A stretch of DNA of 64,000 nucleotides, taken from sequence record OR780565.1. One strand, 5' to 3'. The position numbers and the translations under genes were made by a program. The notes beneath the pieces were generated by a model. It was given only the letters and a program-made list of their open reading frames with translations, had not been told where the DNA came from and ran no database searches. Shown here piece after piece: positions 48,718 to 59,360 of the stretch. The DNA is from Escherichia phage DCP2. Numbering within the stretch: position 1 is the stretch's first letter; the number at the start of each line of letters is the position of its first letter.

Positions 48718-50531
48718 CAATTGAAAAAGAAATTGAAGGATTGATTCATAAAACTAATAAAGACCTTTTGAACGAGAATGCTAATAAAGATTCTCGTGTT
48801 TTTCCAACTCAACGGGACCTTATGGCTGGTATTGTGTCTAAACACATTGCCAAAAATATGGTCCCGTCTTTTATTATGAAAGCGCATGAAAGCGGAATTA
48901 TTCATTTTCATGATATTGATTATTCCCCTGCTCTTCCATTTACTAATTGCTGTTTAGTAGATTTAAAAGGAATGCTTGAGAACGGATTTAAGCTTGGTAA
49001 TGCGCAGATTGAAACTCCTAAATCAATTGGCGTTGCTACTGCAATTATGGCACAAATTACTGCGCAAGTTGCTTCCCATCAATATGGCGGAACGACTTTT
49101 GCTAATGTAGATAAAGTACTTTCTCCTTATGTTAAACGCACCTATGCAAAACATATTGAGGATGCAGAAAAATGGCAAATCGCTGATGCGTTGAATTACG
49201 CCCAGTCTAAAACAGAAAAAGACGTATACGATGCATTTCAAGCTTATGAATATGAAGTAAACACTCTCTTTAGTTCAAACGGACAAACGCCTTTTGTAAC
49301 AATTACATTTGGTACGGGAACTGACTGGACTGAACGAATGATTCAGAAAGCAATTCTGAAAAATCGTATTAAAGGTCTTGGTCGTGATGGGATAACTCCT
49401 ATTTTCCCTAAGCTTGTTATGTTCGTTGAAGAAGGTGTTAATCTTTATAAAGACGATCCGAACTATGATATTAAGCAGCTTGCTCTAGAGTGTGCAAGCA
49501 AAAGGATGTATCCTGATATTATTTCAGCTAAGAACAATAAAGCTATCACCGGCTCATCTATTCCTGTTTCTCCAATGGGTTGCCGCAGTTTCTTGAGCGC
49601 GTGGAAAGATTCAACCGGTAATGAAATTCTTGATGGACGTAATAATCTTGGTGTTGTAACACTGAATCTTCCTCGTATTGCGTTGGATTCTTATATTGGA
49701 ACACAGTTCAATGAACAGAAATTTACTGAATTGTTCAATGAGCGAATGGATTTATGTTTTGAAGCTTTGATGTGTAGAATTAGTTCCTTAAAAGGAGTTA
49801 AAGCGACTGTTGCTCCTATTCTTTACCAAGAAGGTGCATTCGGGGTTCGTCTTAAACCTGATGACGACATAATTGAGTTATTTAAAAACGGTAGAAGTTC
49901 AGTGTCTTTAGGATACATTGGTATTCATGAATTGAATATTCTTGTCGGTCGTGATATTGGACAAGAAATTTTAACTAAAATGAATGCTCGTCTTAAACAG
50001 TGGGCTGAAAGAACTGGGTTTGCTTTTAGTTTGTATTCGACTCCTGCTGAAAACCTTTGTTATCGCTTCTGTAAACTTGATACAAAAAAATATGGAAGTG
50101 TAAAAGATGTTACCGATAAAGGATGGTACACTAACAGTTTCCATGTTTCAGTAGAAGAAAATATTACTCCGTTTGAAAAGATTTCTCGCGAAGCCCCATA
50201 TCATTTCATTGCGACAGGTGGTCACATTTCTTATGTTGAACTTCCTGATATGAAAAATAACCTAAAAGGTCTTGAGGCTGTCTGGGATTATGCTGCACAA
50301 CATTTAGATTATTTTGGTGTTAACATGCCAGTAGATAAATGTTTTACGTGTGGAAGTACCCATGAAATGACTCCTACTGAAAACGGGTTTGTTTGTTCTA
50401 TTTGTGGAGAAACTGATCCTAAAAAGATGAACACAATAAGAAGAACTTGTGGTTATTTGGGAAATCCGAACGAACGTGGATTTAATCTCGGCAAAAATAA
50501 AGAAATCATGCATAGGGTTAAACACCAATGA
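48714..50531 (+). CDS. nrdD: Anaerobic ribonucleotide reductase large subunit (uninterrupted)
   Basis: 605 aa; C-terminal Cys cluster and glycyl-radical region RRTCGYLG; no intron. Confidence 0.9.
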   Translation: MTIEKEIEGLIHKTNKDLLNENANKDSRVFPTQRDLMAGIVSKHIAKNMVPSFIMKAHESGIIHFHDIDYSPALPFTNCCLVDLKGMLENGFKLGNAQIETPKSIGVATAIMAQITAQVASHQYGGTTFANVDKVLSPYVKRTYAKHIEDAEKWQIADALNYAQSKTEKDVYDAFQAYEYEVNTLFSSNGQTPFVTITFGTGTDWTERMIQKAILKNRIKGLGRDGITPIFPKLVMFVEEGVNLYKDDPNYDIKQLALECASKRMYPDIISAKNNKAITGSSIPVSPMGCRSFLSAWKDSTGNEILDGRNNLGVVTLNLPRIALDSYIGTQFNEQKFTELFNERMDLCFEALMCRISSLKGVKATVAPILYQEGAFGVRLKPDDDIIELFKNGRSSVSLGYIGIHELNILVGRDIGQEILTKMNARLKQWAERTGFAFSLYSTPAENLCYRFCKLDTKKYGSVKDVTDKGWYTNSFHVSVEENITPFEKISREAPYHFIATGGHISYVELPDMKNNLKGLEAVWDYAAQHLDYFGVNMPVDKCFTCGSTHEMTPTENGFVCSICGETDPKKMNTIRRTCGYLGNPNERGFNLGKNKEIMHRVKHQ

Positions 50532-50998
50532 ATTATGATAGATTTTATCCTTGCGATTTTGTGAATGGCCCTGGATGCAGGGTCGTTCTTTTCGTTACAG
50601 GTTGTTTGCATAAATGTGAAGGGTGTTATAATAAATCAACATGGAACGCTAGAAATGGCGTTCCATTCACTGGTGAAACGCTAGAACAATTAATTGAATG
50701 TTTGAATAATGATTATATAGAAGGATTAACTATAACTGGAGGAGACCCTCTTTATCCTGATAACCGAGATGTTGTTCATTGCATTGTTCAAACAGTAAAA
50801 AATCTTTATCCAAATAAAAGCATTTGGTTGTGGACAGGGTACAAGTTTGAAGATATTAAACAACTAGAAATGCTTAAATATGTTGATGTTATTATTGATG
50901 GGAAGTATGAGAAAAATCTTCCGACCAAAAAGCTGTGGCGAGGTTCAGATAATCAGCGACTTTGGTCAAATACCGATGGGGTGTGGAAACATGATTAA
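50528..50998 (+). CDS. nrdG: Anaerobic RNR activase (radical SAM)
   Basis: 156 aa; Cys cluster CLHKCEGC; ATGA-coupled to nrdD. Confidence 0.85.
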   Translation: MNYDRFYPCDFVNGPGCRVVLFVTGCLHKCEGCYNKSTWNARNGVPFTGETLEQLIECLNNDYIEGLTITGGDPLYPDNRDVVHCIVQTVKNLYPNKSIWLWTGYKFEDIKQLEMLKYVDVIIDGKYEKNLPTKKLWRGSDNQRLWSNTDGVWKHD

Positions 50999-51116
50999 AC
51001 TGAATTATATTATTGATACTATAAATGATATGATTTTTCATTTTGGTCCAGAATTTTATTCACAGTATAGTTTAGTACTTATCAATGCTTGGTTAATCAA
51101 TTAAAGGTAAAGGTAA

Positions 51117-51329
51117 ATGTATAAATTTCGTAAAGGTTTAGCTGATTTTCTTACAACTGTAACGTTCTTTTTGTTTATGGCAGTTGGTGCTATTTTTCTT
51201 ATTCCTTTTATTGCTATATTTTTCGTGATTAGTTTGATTTCTCCAGAAAAAGGCTTATCTTCTAGCGAGTTCAATGAGCGTCTGGATAAAATTACTAACA
51301 AGCTGAATGCTGCTCTTAGTAAGGAATAG
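51117..51329 (+). CDS. Small membrane protein
   Basis: 70-aa ORF with two hydrophobic helices. Confidence 0.4.
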   Translation: MYKFRKGLADFLTTVTFFLFMAVGAIFLIPFIAIFFVISLISPEKGLSSSEFNERLDKITNKLNAALSKE

Positions 51330-51331
51330 TT

Positions 51332-51640
51332 GTGAAACAAAACAAGATTGAAGTCTATGGAATTCCAGATGAAGTAGGTCGTTGTCCTGGATGTCAATCA
51401 GTTACAAAACTTCTAAAGGAGCTCAATGCTCCTTTTACTTTCTATAAAGTTCTTACAAATAATGGTAAGATTGAGTATGATCGTCCGCTGATTGTATCTC
51501 TTGCTAAACGCGCTGGATTCACATCTCTTAACATTCGTTATCCAGTCATTTTCATCAATGATTCTAGACAAAAGAACATTAAACACTTCAAAGAAACTCT
51601 CATTTCACTTGGATATGATAGAGATATCATAGAAGACTAA
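51332..51640 (+). CDS. nrdH: Glutaredoxin-like protein NrdH
   Basis: 102 aa; CPGC redox motif; apparent GTG start. Confidence 0.7.
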   Translation: MKQNKIEVYGIPDEVGRCPGCQSVTKLLKELNAPFTFYKVLTNNGKIEYDRPLIVSLAKRAGFTSLNIRYPVIFINDSRQKNIKHFKETLISLGYDRDIIED

Positions 51641-51644
51641 GACG

Positions 51645-51668
51645 GGCCCTCTGGGCCTTTCTTTCTCA
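51645..51668 (+). terminator. Rho-independent terminator
   Basis: ggccc-tct-gggcc hairpin followed by tttctttct. Confidence 0.5.
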
Positions 51669-51737
51669 CATTCTGTATATTAACCATTCTAACTATCATT
51701 CACTTCTTATCATTCCCTAAAATAATTTTCACAAAGT

Positions 51738-51767
51738 TGTTTACAACAAGTTCAAACTGTGGTATTA
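51738..51767 (+). promoter_or_regulatory. T4-type early promoter
   Basis: gtttac -35 and tgtggtattat -10. Confidence 0.6.
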
Positions 51768-51798
51768 TTAACATATGAATTGCCTTTGAGGAATTGAT

Positions 51799-51981
51799 AT
51801 GGTTGTGGTTGATAAAGAAATTAAAAAGGGACAATATTATTTTATTAATGGTAATGTTGTTCGTGTTACTTACGTAAACGGTTTTGAAGTTTATTATCTT
51901 ATACTTAAGTTACATAAACAGATGATTTGTGACCGTGCTGTATTTAGTTCAGTTGCTAAGGAAATTAAACTCCATGGGTAA
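51799..51981 (+). CDS. Hypothetical protein
   Basis: 60-aa ORF with SD gaggaa. Confidence 0.35.
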   Translation: MVVVDKEIKKGQYYFINGNVVRVTYVNGFEVYYLILKLHKQMICDRAVFSSVAKEIKLHG

Positions 51982-52267
51982 AACGTATCGTCGTAAAGAC
52001 TTGAAAGTTCGTGATTATGACTATTTCGGAAAGCGTAAAGCTCCTGATGGTGTAAGTCATAAAGATATGGTCGAAAACATTTTTCGCTCAGATAAATGGC
52101 GTAGAATGAAAGGCATTGATTCAGAAGTTAAAGATGAGCTAAATCGCCAATTACGTGGTGAAGTAAGAAAGTTGAAAAAATCAGTTTACATTGACGATGA
52201 TTTTGATTATAATATTTCTCAACGAGTTGCTAAACGTAAATCAAACGAGTGCTATCGTTACAGCTGA
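51974..52267 (+). CDS. Hypothetical basic protein
   Basis: About 97-aa ORF from internal Met. Confidence 0.4.
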   Translation: MGKTYRRKDLKVRDYDYFGKRKAPDGVSHKDMVENIFRSDKWRRMKGIDSEVKDELNRQLRGEVRKLKKSVYIDDDFDYNISQRVAKRKSNECYRYS

Positions 52268-52274
52268 GGAAAAT

Positions 52275-52406
52275 ATGAATATCAAACGAATGCTTTTTAA
52301 GCAAGGGCTATATACTTTAAATGCTACTCCAAAAGGCGATACAACTAAGTGGTCAGTAAATGACTGGATTAAATTTATTGATGAAAATGGTAATTGGGAA
52401 ATTTAA
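52275..52406 (+). CDS. Small hypothetical protein
   Basis: 43-aa ORF with SD gaggaaaat. Confidence 0.3.
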   Translation: MNIKRMLFKQGLYTLNATPKGDTTKWSVNDWIKFIDENGNWEI

Positions 52407-52607
52407 ATGAATCCTGAATCTAAATTATCGCAGCGAATTGCTGAAGAACGCGCCAAATTTTTCCAGAACATGAAACACAATGGTATTGAGGATGAAGTTT
52501 TTCTAAATTGGTTCTGGAATAATAAGTATGCAGCATGTGAAGGAGCTTTGTCATTGTCAGTCGCAATGATGTACGAAGGCTGGAAGGGTGCCAAAAAGTT
52601 TAGCTAA
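52407..52607 (+). CDS. Hypothetical protein
   Basis: 66-aa ORF ending at a terminator hairpin. Confidence 0.4.
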   Translation: MNPESKLSQRIAEERAKFFQNMKHNGIEDEVFLNWFWNNKYAACEGALSLSVAMMYEGWKGAKKFS

Positions 52608-52625
52608 GGGCTTCGGCCCTTTTTG
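52607..52625 (+). terminator. Rho-independent terminator with UUCG tetraloop
   Basis: agggc-ttcg-gccct followed by ttttt. Confidence 0.7.
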
Positions 52626-52659
52626 GATAATAAAATTTTAATGTAATTGAGGATAATGT

Positions 52660-52986
52660 ATGACTATTCAAATTAAAAACGCCATCAATTCTTATGCATA
52701 TGATAAAGTAGTTTCTTTGCTAGAAAAAGGCGATATTGTAACTCCTCAAATTTTGGATAAATGGGAAAAAGAGCTTCATCAGACGATGAAACAGAATGAT
52801 CAGAAAATTGGACGAAATACTATCCGTGAATTGTTGGTTCAATATATCTTGTCTGAATTTGACGTTAAAGCTTTTGGTGTAGAATCTAAAGCTTATCAAA
52901 AGCATGAAATTTCTGATAAAACTATTCGTCGTATGAAAAATCAACGCAAGAAAAAATTTGCTGATCTGAAAATTGCTAAGGTATGA
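52660..52986 (+). CDS. Hypothetical protein
   Basis: 108-aa ORF with SD gaggataat. Confidence 0.45.
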   Translation: MTIQIKNAINSYAYDKVVSLLEKGDIVTPQILDKWEKELHQTMKQNDQKIGRNTIRELLVQYILSEFDVKAFGVESKAYQKHEISDKTIRRMKNQRKKKFADLKIAKV

Positions 52987-53204
52987 ATATGAACGAAGCT
53001 CTTATTAACGATTTGCGTCTTTCCGGATATGAAGTAAATACAAACGGCATTGGTTTAACTCAAATTGAAGGAAACGGATTCATCCTTGAGTATGAATTTA
53101 GCCAATGGTGGTTGTATGCTAATTACGGCAAACTGATTGAATATGTCGATCAATTTGATTCACTAGATGCAGCTCTTGAAGCGGCTAACTTAATGAATGC
53201 GTGA
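52983..53204 (+). CDS. Hypothetical protein
   Basis: 73-aa acidic ORF, ATGA-coupled. Confidence 0.4.
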   Translation: MNMNEALINDLRLSGYEVNTNGIGLTQIEGNGFILEYEFSQWWLYANYGKLIEYVDQFDSLDAALEAANLMNA

Positions 53205-53286
53205 AATTGATTCATCCTCTATGCTTTAAGATAGATCTTCAAATATTATGATATAATAGATCTATGAATTGAGCTAAGAGGTGAAA

Positions 53287-53844
53287 ATGTCAGAAACTAA
53301 GCCTAAATATAATTACGTAAACAATAAAGAGCTTTTACAAGCTATTATTGATTGGAAAACAGAATTAGCAAATAATAAAGACCCAAATAAAGTAGTTCGT
53401 CAGAATGATACTATCGGATTAGCCATTATGCTTATTGCAGAAGGCTTATCTAAACGTTTCAACTTTTCAGGATACACCCAGTCTTGGAAACAAGAAATGA
53501 TTGCAGATGGTATAGAAGCTTCTATTAAGGGGCTTCATAATTTTGATGAAACGAAATATAAAAACCCACATGCATATATAACTCAAGCTTGTTTTAATGC
53601 ATTCGTCCAACGTATTAAAAAAGAACGTAAGGAAGTTGCAAAGAAATATAGTTACTTCGTTCACAATGTCTATGACAGTCGTGACGACGATATGGTTGCG
53701 TTAGTAGATGAAACTTTTATTCAAGACATCTACGATAAAATGACGCATTACGAAGAATCAACCTATAGAACACCAGGGGCTGAAAAGAAAAGTGTTGTAG
53801 ACGATTCTCCTAGTTTGGATTTTTTATATGAGGCTAACGATTAA
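53287..53844 (+). CDS. 55: Late-transcription sigma factor gp55
   Basis: 185 aa from [23 protein letters not shown]; matches my recollection of T4 gp55. Confidence 0.9.
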
Positions 53845-54046
53845 CCTCTCCGGATTCTTGGAAGAAATACCTGAAGTTGAAGCTATTCCCTATTTACTTA
53901 AAATGTATCTCAGGGAAGTTTTAGCTCTTGACATTGATATTGATCCAGAAAATCCGTATGATACCGCTTTTAAATCTAATGGTGTAGAATTAAACTATCG
54001 GTATCATTTAACAGATGATGATTTTTATTTTATATTAGAGAAATAA
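53828..54046 (+). CDS. Hypothetical protein
   Basis: 72-aa ORF. Confidence 0.4.
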
Positions 54047-54047
54047 T

Positions 54048-54365
54048 ATGACTGATAAACCCGAAATTAATGATGAAGTGGAAAAGCTTATTTCTTCTAT
54101 TGAAGAAAAGAACCGTCTTGAAGCAGAAAGAAAAGCAAATAAGTTATTGTCTAAAAACAAACGCGAACTGAATCGTCTTTATAAGCACGCTCAGATCGCA
54201 GCTGAAAATAATAATTTTGCTCAATACGAATATGCTATCAAGAAAAGTCGGGATATTCTAAAACAGCCATATAACGATGAACTCATTAGTATTCTTTGGA
54301 AGACTACTAGATCGCAGATTGAGGATATGATTGATGCTTACACACGTAAAATTCAAGCGTCTTAA
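54048..54365 (+). CDS. Hypothetical coiled-coil protein
   Basis: 105-aa ORF. Confidence 0.4.
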   Translation: MTDKPEINDEVEKLISSIEEKNRLEAERKANKLLSKNKRELNRLYKHAQIAAENNNFAQYEYAIKKSRDILKQPYNDELISILWKTTRSQIEDMIDAYTRKIQAS

Positions 54366-54780
54366 AATTAATGCAGGATTTACTGAATCTCTGAATGGTC
54401 ATCTTTGTGTGAAAATTTCTGAAAAAGAATACCATGATAGTTCAATTAAAGAAGTTAATCCTCCTATTGTAAGAGCAGACCCTAATATGAAAGTGTGGGT
54501 TGATTCTTATCAAGTCAAAAAATGGTGGCAACTGTGAAAGATGAACACCCAGACTTCTGAAATAGATTATAATAAAATTCGTTCCTCTAAAGAGGAAATG
54601 ATGAGACGCTTTAAAGAGTCTCATGATAAAGCTAAAGCAGAAGGAACTATAAAATATAAGCGCATAAAATTTAAAAGTTCTAACGAGCCTCTGTATGGCG
54701 TATTATGTGGATAGGAGCTTCGGCTCCTATATTGCTTTATAAATTTTTGGTAAAATAAACCAAAACAAAGAGGATATTAA

Positions 54781-55983
54781 ATGAAAGTATGTATTTTTAT
54801 GGCTCGAGGTCTTGAAGGTTGCGGTGTAACTAAATTTTCTCTTGAGCAGCGTGATTGGTTTATTAAAAATGGTCATGAAGTAACTTTGGTTTATGCTAAA
54901 GATAAATCATTTACCCGTAATTGCGCGCATGATTATAAGTCATTTTCAATTCCAGTTTTATTGGCAAAAGAATACGATAAAACACTTAAGCTGGTAAATG
55001 ATTGTGATATTCTAATTATCAATTCAGTTCCTGCTACTTCAGTAGAAGAAGACACAATTAATAACTATAAAAAAATTATTGATAACATTAAACCTTCGGT
55101 TCGTGTTGTAGTTTATCAACATGACCATTCTTCTCTTTCTTTACGTCGAAATTTGGGATTAGAAGAAACTGTTCGTCGAGCTGATGTTATTTTTAGCCAT
55201 TCTGATAATGGTGATTTTAATAAAGTTTTAATGAAAGAATGGTATCCGGAAACTGTTTCTTTGTTTGATGATATTGAAGAAGCACCGACCGTATATAACT
55301 TTCAGCCTCCTATGGATATTGCGAAGGTTCGATCAACCTACTGGAAAGATGTTTCTGAAATTAACATGAATATCAACCGTTGGATTGGTCGTACTACTAC
55401 ATGGAAAGGCTTTTATCAGATGTTTGATTTTCATGAAAAACATCTTAAACCTGCGGGATTGAGTACTATTATGGAAGGTCTGGAACGTTCTCCAGCGTTC
55501 ATTCCTATTAAAGAAAAAGGAATTCCATACGAGTATTATCGTCTTCATCAAGTAGACCAAATTAAAATTGCTCCTAATTTGCCAACGCAAATTCTCGATC
55601 GTTATGTAAATAGCGAAATGCTTGAACGCATGAGTAAATCCGGATTTGGTTATCAGCTGAGTAAATTAGATAAAAAATATCTACAACGTTCTTTAGAATA
55701 TACTCATCTCGAGCTTGGTGCATGTGGAACAATTCCGGTATTTTGGAAATCTACGGGCGAAAATTTAAAATTCCGTGTTGATAACACTCCATTAATTTCT
55801 CATGATAGCGGTATCGTTTGGTTTGATGAAAATGACATGGAATCAACATTTGAACGTATTAAAGAACTGTCATCTGATCGAGCTCTTTATGACCGTGAAC
55901 GTGAAAAAGCTTATGAATTTTTGTATCAGCATCAAGATTCAAGCTTCTGCTTTAAAGAACAGTTTGACATTATTACAAAATAA
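54781..55983 (+). CDS. a-gt: DNA alpha-glucosyltransferase
   Basis: 400 aa, same length as T4 alpha-GT; N-terminus CIFMARGLEGCGVTKFSLEQRDWF. Confidence 0.9.
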   Translation: MKVCIFMARGLEGCGVTKFSLEQRDWFIKNGHEVTLVYAKDKSFTRNCAHDYKSFSIPVLLAKEYDKTLKLVNDCDILIINSVPATSVEEDTINNYKKIIDNIKPSVRVVVYQHDHSSLSLRRNLGLEETVRRADVIFSHSDNGDFNKVLMKEWYPETVSLFDDIEEAPTVYNFQPPMDIAKVRSTYWKDVSEINMNINRWIGRTTTWKGFYQMFDFHEKHLKPAGLSTIMEGLERSPAFIPIKEKGIPYEYYRLHQVDQIKIAPNLPTQILDRYVNSEMLERMSKSGFGYQLSKLDKKYLQRSLEYTHLELGACGTIPVFWKSTGENLKFRVDNTPLISHDSGIVWFDENDMESTFERIKELSSDRALYDREREKAYEFLYQHQDSSFCFKEQFDIITK

Positions 55984-56000
55984 AGGGCTTCGGCCCTTTA
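55982..56000 (+). terminator. UUCG-tetraloop hairpin, weak U-tract
   Basis: aaagggc-ttcg-gcccttt. Confidence 0.45.
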
Positions 56001-56159
56001 GCTTTATACGGAGTTTGATATAATGATATTTCTTGGATATGTGATACTTTTTCTTGCATTTTATCTATTTGCTAGAGCATGTTGGATTGGGTTCTTTAGC
56101 ACTCCAGATGGATTTATTTCAATAATTTTATTTTGCATTTCAATGACGGTTCTTGATAT

Positions 56160-57179
56160 ATGAAAATTTTAAATTTAGGTGATTGGCATTTAGGCGTTAA
56201 AGCTGATGATGAGTGGATTCAATCAATCCAGTTGGATGGAATTAAGCAAGCGATAGAATATTCTAAGAAAAACGGAATTACTACATGGATTCAATACGGC
56301 GATATTTTTGATGTGCGAAAAGCAATCACACATAAAACTATGGAGTTCGCCCGTGAAATAGTTCAAATGCTTGATGATGCTGGTATTACCCTGCATACTG
56401 TTGTAGGAAACCATGATATGCACTTTAAAAATACTTTAACTCCAAATGCTTCTACTGAGCTTTTGGCTAAATATCCTAATGTTAAAGTATATGATAAGCC
56501 TACTACAGTAGATTTTGACGGATGTTTGATTGATTTAATTCCTTGGATGTGCGAAGAAAATACTGGTGAAATTCTTGAACACATCAAAACTTCATCTGCT
56601 TCTTTTTGTGTTGGTCACTGGGAACTGAATGGATTTTATTTTTATAAAGGAATGAAATCTCACGGCCTTGAACCTGATTTCCTTAAGACTTATAAAGAAG
56701 TGTGGTCTGGTCACTTCCATACTATCTCTGAGGCTGCTAACGTCAGATATATTGGGACACCATGGACACTAACTGCAGGTGACGAGAATGACCCTCGCGG
56801 GTTCTGGATGTTTGATACAGAAACAGAACGAATGGAATTTATTCCAAACAACACTACCTGGCATCGTCGAATTCATTATCCATTTAAGGGAAAAATTGAC
56901 TATAAAGATTTTACAAATCTGTCAGTACGTGTTATAGTAACTGAGGTAGACAAAAATCTGACAAAGTTCGAATCTGAACTAGAAAAAGTTGTGCATTCAT
57001 TACGAGTTGTGTCAAAGATTGATAACTCTGTCGAGTCAGATGATAGTGAAGAAGTTGAAGTTCAATCTCTTCAGACGTTGATGGAAGAATACATTAATGC
57101 AATTCCAGACATCACTGATTCTGACCGTGAAGCACTTATTCAATATGCAAATCAGTTATATGTAGAGGCAACACAATGA
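56160..57179 (+). CDS. 47: Recombination endonuclease subunit gp47 (Mre11-like)
   Basis: 339 aa; phosphoesterase motifs GDWH and GNHD; size as T4 gp47. Confidence 0.9.
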   Translation: MKILNLGDWHLGVKADDEWIQSIQLDGIKQAIEYSKKNGITTWIQYGDIFDVRKAITHKTMEFAREIVQMLDDAGITLHTVVGNHDMHFKNTLTPNASTELLAKYPNVKVYDKPTTVDFDGCLIDLIPWMCEENTGEILEHIKTSSASFCVGHWELNGFYFYKGMKSHGLEPDFLKTYKEVWSGHFHTISEAANVRYIGTPWTLTAGDENDPRGFWMFDTETERMEFIPNNTTWHRRIHYPFKGKIDYKDFTNLSVRVIVTEVDKNLTKFESELEKVVHSLRVVSKIDNSVESDDSEEVEVQSLQTLMEEYINAIPDITDSDREALIQYANQLYVEATQ

Positions 57180-57439
57180 CTTTTGATGAATTTAAAAATG
57201 TTATGATGAGTCAGCATTTTGAATGCGAAGTAAAAGATGATATTGGGCATAAAGAAATTATTGAATACTGGTTTGAACCACTAGAGGTTGAAGATAATTG
57301 TATTAAAAAGGTCACGGTCTGCACTGACTGGGCTGTATCTTTTAACTTCAACATTTTAGATAATGACACACCTAAATCATTACAAGATATGGCTGTATCT
57401 TGTATTAAGGATGCATACTGTGAAGTTTTCGACATTTGA
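57176..57439 (+). CDS. Hypothetical protein in the 46.2 position
   Basis: 87-aa ORF, ATGA-coupled to gene 47. Confidence 0.4.
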   Translation: MTFDEFKNVMMSQHFECEVKDDIGHKEIIEYWFEPLEVEDNCIKKVTVCTDWAVSFNFNILDNDTPKSLQDMAVSCIKDAYCEVFDI

Positions 57440-57626
57440 CATTAACGATGAATTCATAGCAAATATTGATTACACCGAAGAAGATTCTAGATATGTTGGA
57501 ATAATTTATATCACATCAAAAGCAGCACAAGGTGTTGTTTGCATGGCTGAATTTGATGAATACTTTTTAGATTATGATGATATGATAGAATGGTCTAAAA
57601 GATACATTAAAAGGAATCTTTTGTGA
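57411..57626 (+). CDS. Hypothetical protein in the 46.1 position
   Basis: About 71-aa ORF from internal Met; coupled to gene 46. Confidence 0.35.
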   Translation: MHTVKFSTFDINDEFIANIDYTEEDSRYVGIIYITSKAAQGVVCMAEFDEYFLDYDDMIEWSKRYIKRNLL

Positions 57627-59305
57627 AGAATTTTAAACTAAACCGAGTTAGGTATCAAAATATAATGTCAGTAGGCGGAAATCCTATTGACATTCAACTA
57701 GATAAGGTTCAAAAAACTCTTATCACTGGACGAAATGGCGGTGGTAAGTCTACTATGTTAGAAGCCATCACATTTGGGCTTTTTGGCAAGCCATTTCGTG
57801 ATGTAAAGAAAGGTCAATTAATAAACAGCACAAATAAGAAAGAACTTTTAGTTGAACTGTGGATGGAATATGATGAGAAAAAGTACTATATCAAAAGAGG
57901 ACAAAAACCAAACGTTTTCGAAATCACCGTTAACGGTACACGTCTTAATGAATCTGCCAGCAGTAAAGATTTCCAAGCAGAATTTGAACAGCTTATCGGA
58001 ATGTCATACGCCAGTTTCAAACAGATCGTCGTACTCGGCACGGCTGGATATACCCCTTTTATGGGCCTATCCACTCCTGCAAGAAGAAAACTTGTCGAAG
58101 ACCTGCTCGAGGTAGGAACATTAGCTGAAATGGATAAGCTTAATAAAGCACTAATACGTGAATTAAATTCACAAAACCAAGTGCTTGATGTTAAAAAAGA
58201 TAGTATTATCCAACAAATTAAAATATATAACGATAATGTTGAACGACAGAAAAAATTGTCTGGTGACAACCTTACTCGTCTACAGAATATGTATGACGAT
58301 TTGGCAAAGGAAGCTAGAACGCTAAAATCGGAAATAGAAGAAGCTAATGAAAGATTAGTTAATATTGTTTTGGATGAAGACCCGACTGATGCATTTAATA
58401 AAATCGGCCAAGAAGCATTTTTAATTAAATCAAAAATTGACTCGTATAATAAAGTCATTAATATGTATCACGAAGGTGGATTATGTCCAACCTGTTTGTC
58501 ACAATTAAGTTCCGGTGATAAAGTTGTTTCTAAAATTAAAGATAAAGTTTCTGAATGCACGCATTCGTTTGAACAGCTTTCAACACACCGTGATAATTTA
58601 AAAGTTCTTGTTGACGAATACCGAGACAATATTAAAACCCAGCAGACGCTGGCAAATGATATTCGCAATAAAAAGCAATCCTTAATCACGACGGTAGATA
58701 AAGCTAAAAAAGTTAAAGCGGCTATAGAAAAAGCATCATCTGAGTTTATTGACCATGCTGATGAAATAGCACTGCTTCAAGAAGAACTTGATAAAATTGT
58801 TAAGACAAAAACTAATTTAGTAATGGAAAAATACCACAGAGGAATTTTGACTGACATGCTCAAAGATTCTGGTATTAAAGGTGCTATTATTAAAAAGTAC
58901 ATTCCATTATTTAATAAGCAGATTAACCATTATCTTAAAATAATGGAAGCGGATTATGTGTTTACATTAGATGAAGAATTTAATGAGACAATTAAATCCC
59001 GTGGTCGTGAAGATTTTAGTTATGCTTCATTTAGTCAAGGCGAAAAAGCACGAATTGATATTGCTCTTTTATTTACTTGGCGTGATATTGCTGAAAAAGT
59101 TTCAGGTGTTAAAATAAACACATTAATTCTTGATGAAGTTTTTGATTCAGCAACTGATGTTGAAGGTGTAAAAGCTATTTCAACTATTTTAGATAGTTTA
59201 AAAAATACTAATGTTTTTGTTATTTCGCATAGAGACCATGATCCGCAAGCATATGGTCAGCATCTTCAAATGAAGAAAGTTGGTCGGTTTACTGTAATGG
59301 TTTAA
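57623..59305 (+). CDS. 46: Recombination endonuclease subunit gp46 (Rad50/SbcC-like ATPase)
   Basis: 560 aa; Walker A GRNGGGKST, central coiled coil with CPTC zinc hook, C-terminal signature/D-loop. Confidence 0.9.
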   Translation: MKNFKLNRVRYQNIMSVGGNPIDIQLDKVQKTLITGRNGGGKSTMLEAITFGLFGKPFRDVKKGQLINSTNKKELLVELWMEYDEKKYYIKRGQKPNVFEITVNGTRLNESASSKDFQAEFEQLIGMSYASFKQIVVLGTAGYTPFMGLSTPARRKLVEDLLEVGTLAEMDKLNKALIRELNSQNQVLDVKKDSIIQQIKIYNDNVERQKKLSGDNLTRLQNMYDDLAKEARTLKSEIEEANERLVNIVLDEDPTDAFNKIGQEAFLIKSKIDSYNKVINMYHEGGLCPTCLSQLSSGDKVVSKIKDKVSECTHSFEQLSTHRDNLKVLVDEYRDNIKTQQTLANDIRNKKQSLITTVDKAKKVKAAIEKASSEFIDHADEIALLQEELDKIVKTKTNLVMEKYHRGILTDMLKDSGIKGAIIKKYIPLFNKQINHYLKIMEADYVFTLDEEFNETIKSRGREDFSYASFSQGEKARIDIALLFTWRDIAEKVSGVKINTLILDEVFDSATDVEGVKAISTILDSLKNTNVFVISHRDHDPQAYGQHLQMKKVGRFTVMV

Positions 59306-59360
59306 TTTATAAGAGATTATGCTTTAATTTATTAGAGTATAATCTCTATGGAGGAAAAAC

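Noticed and set aside
54715-54760. MotA-box-like middle promoter (attgcttta) upstream of a-gt
   Set aside because: Only one loose match to the (a/t)3TGCTTtA box with an unconvincing -10; not enough to annotate.
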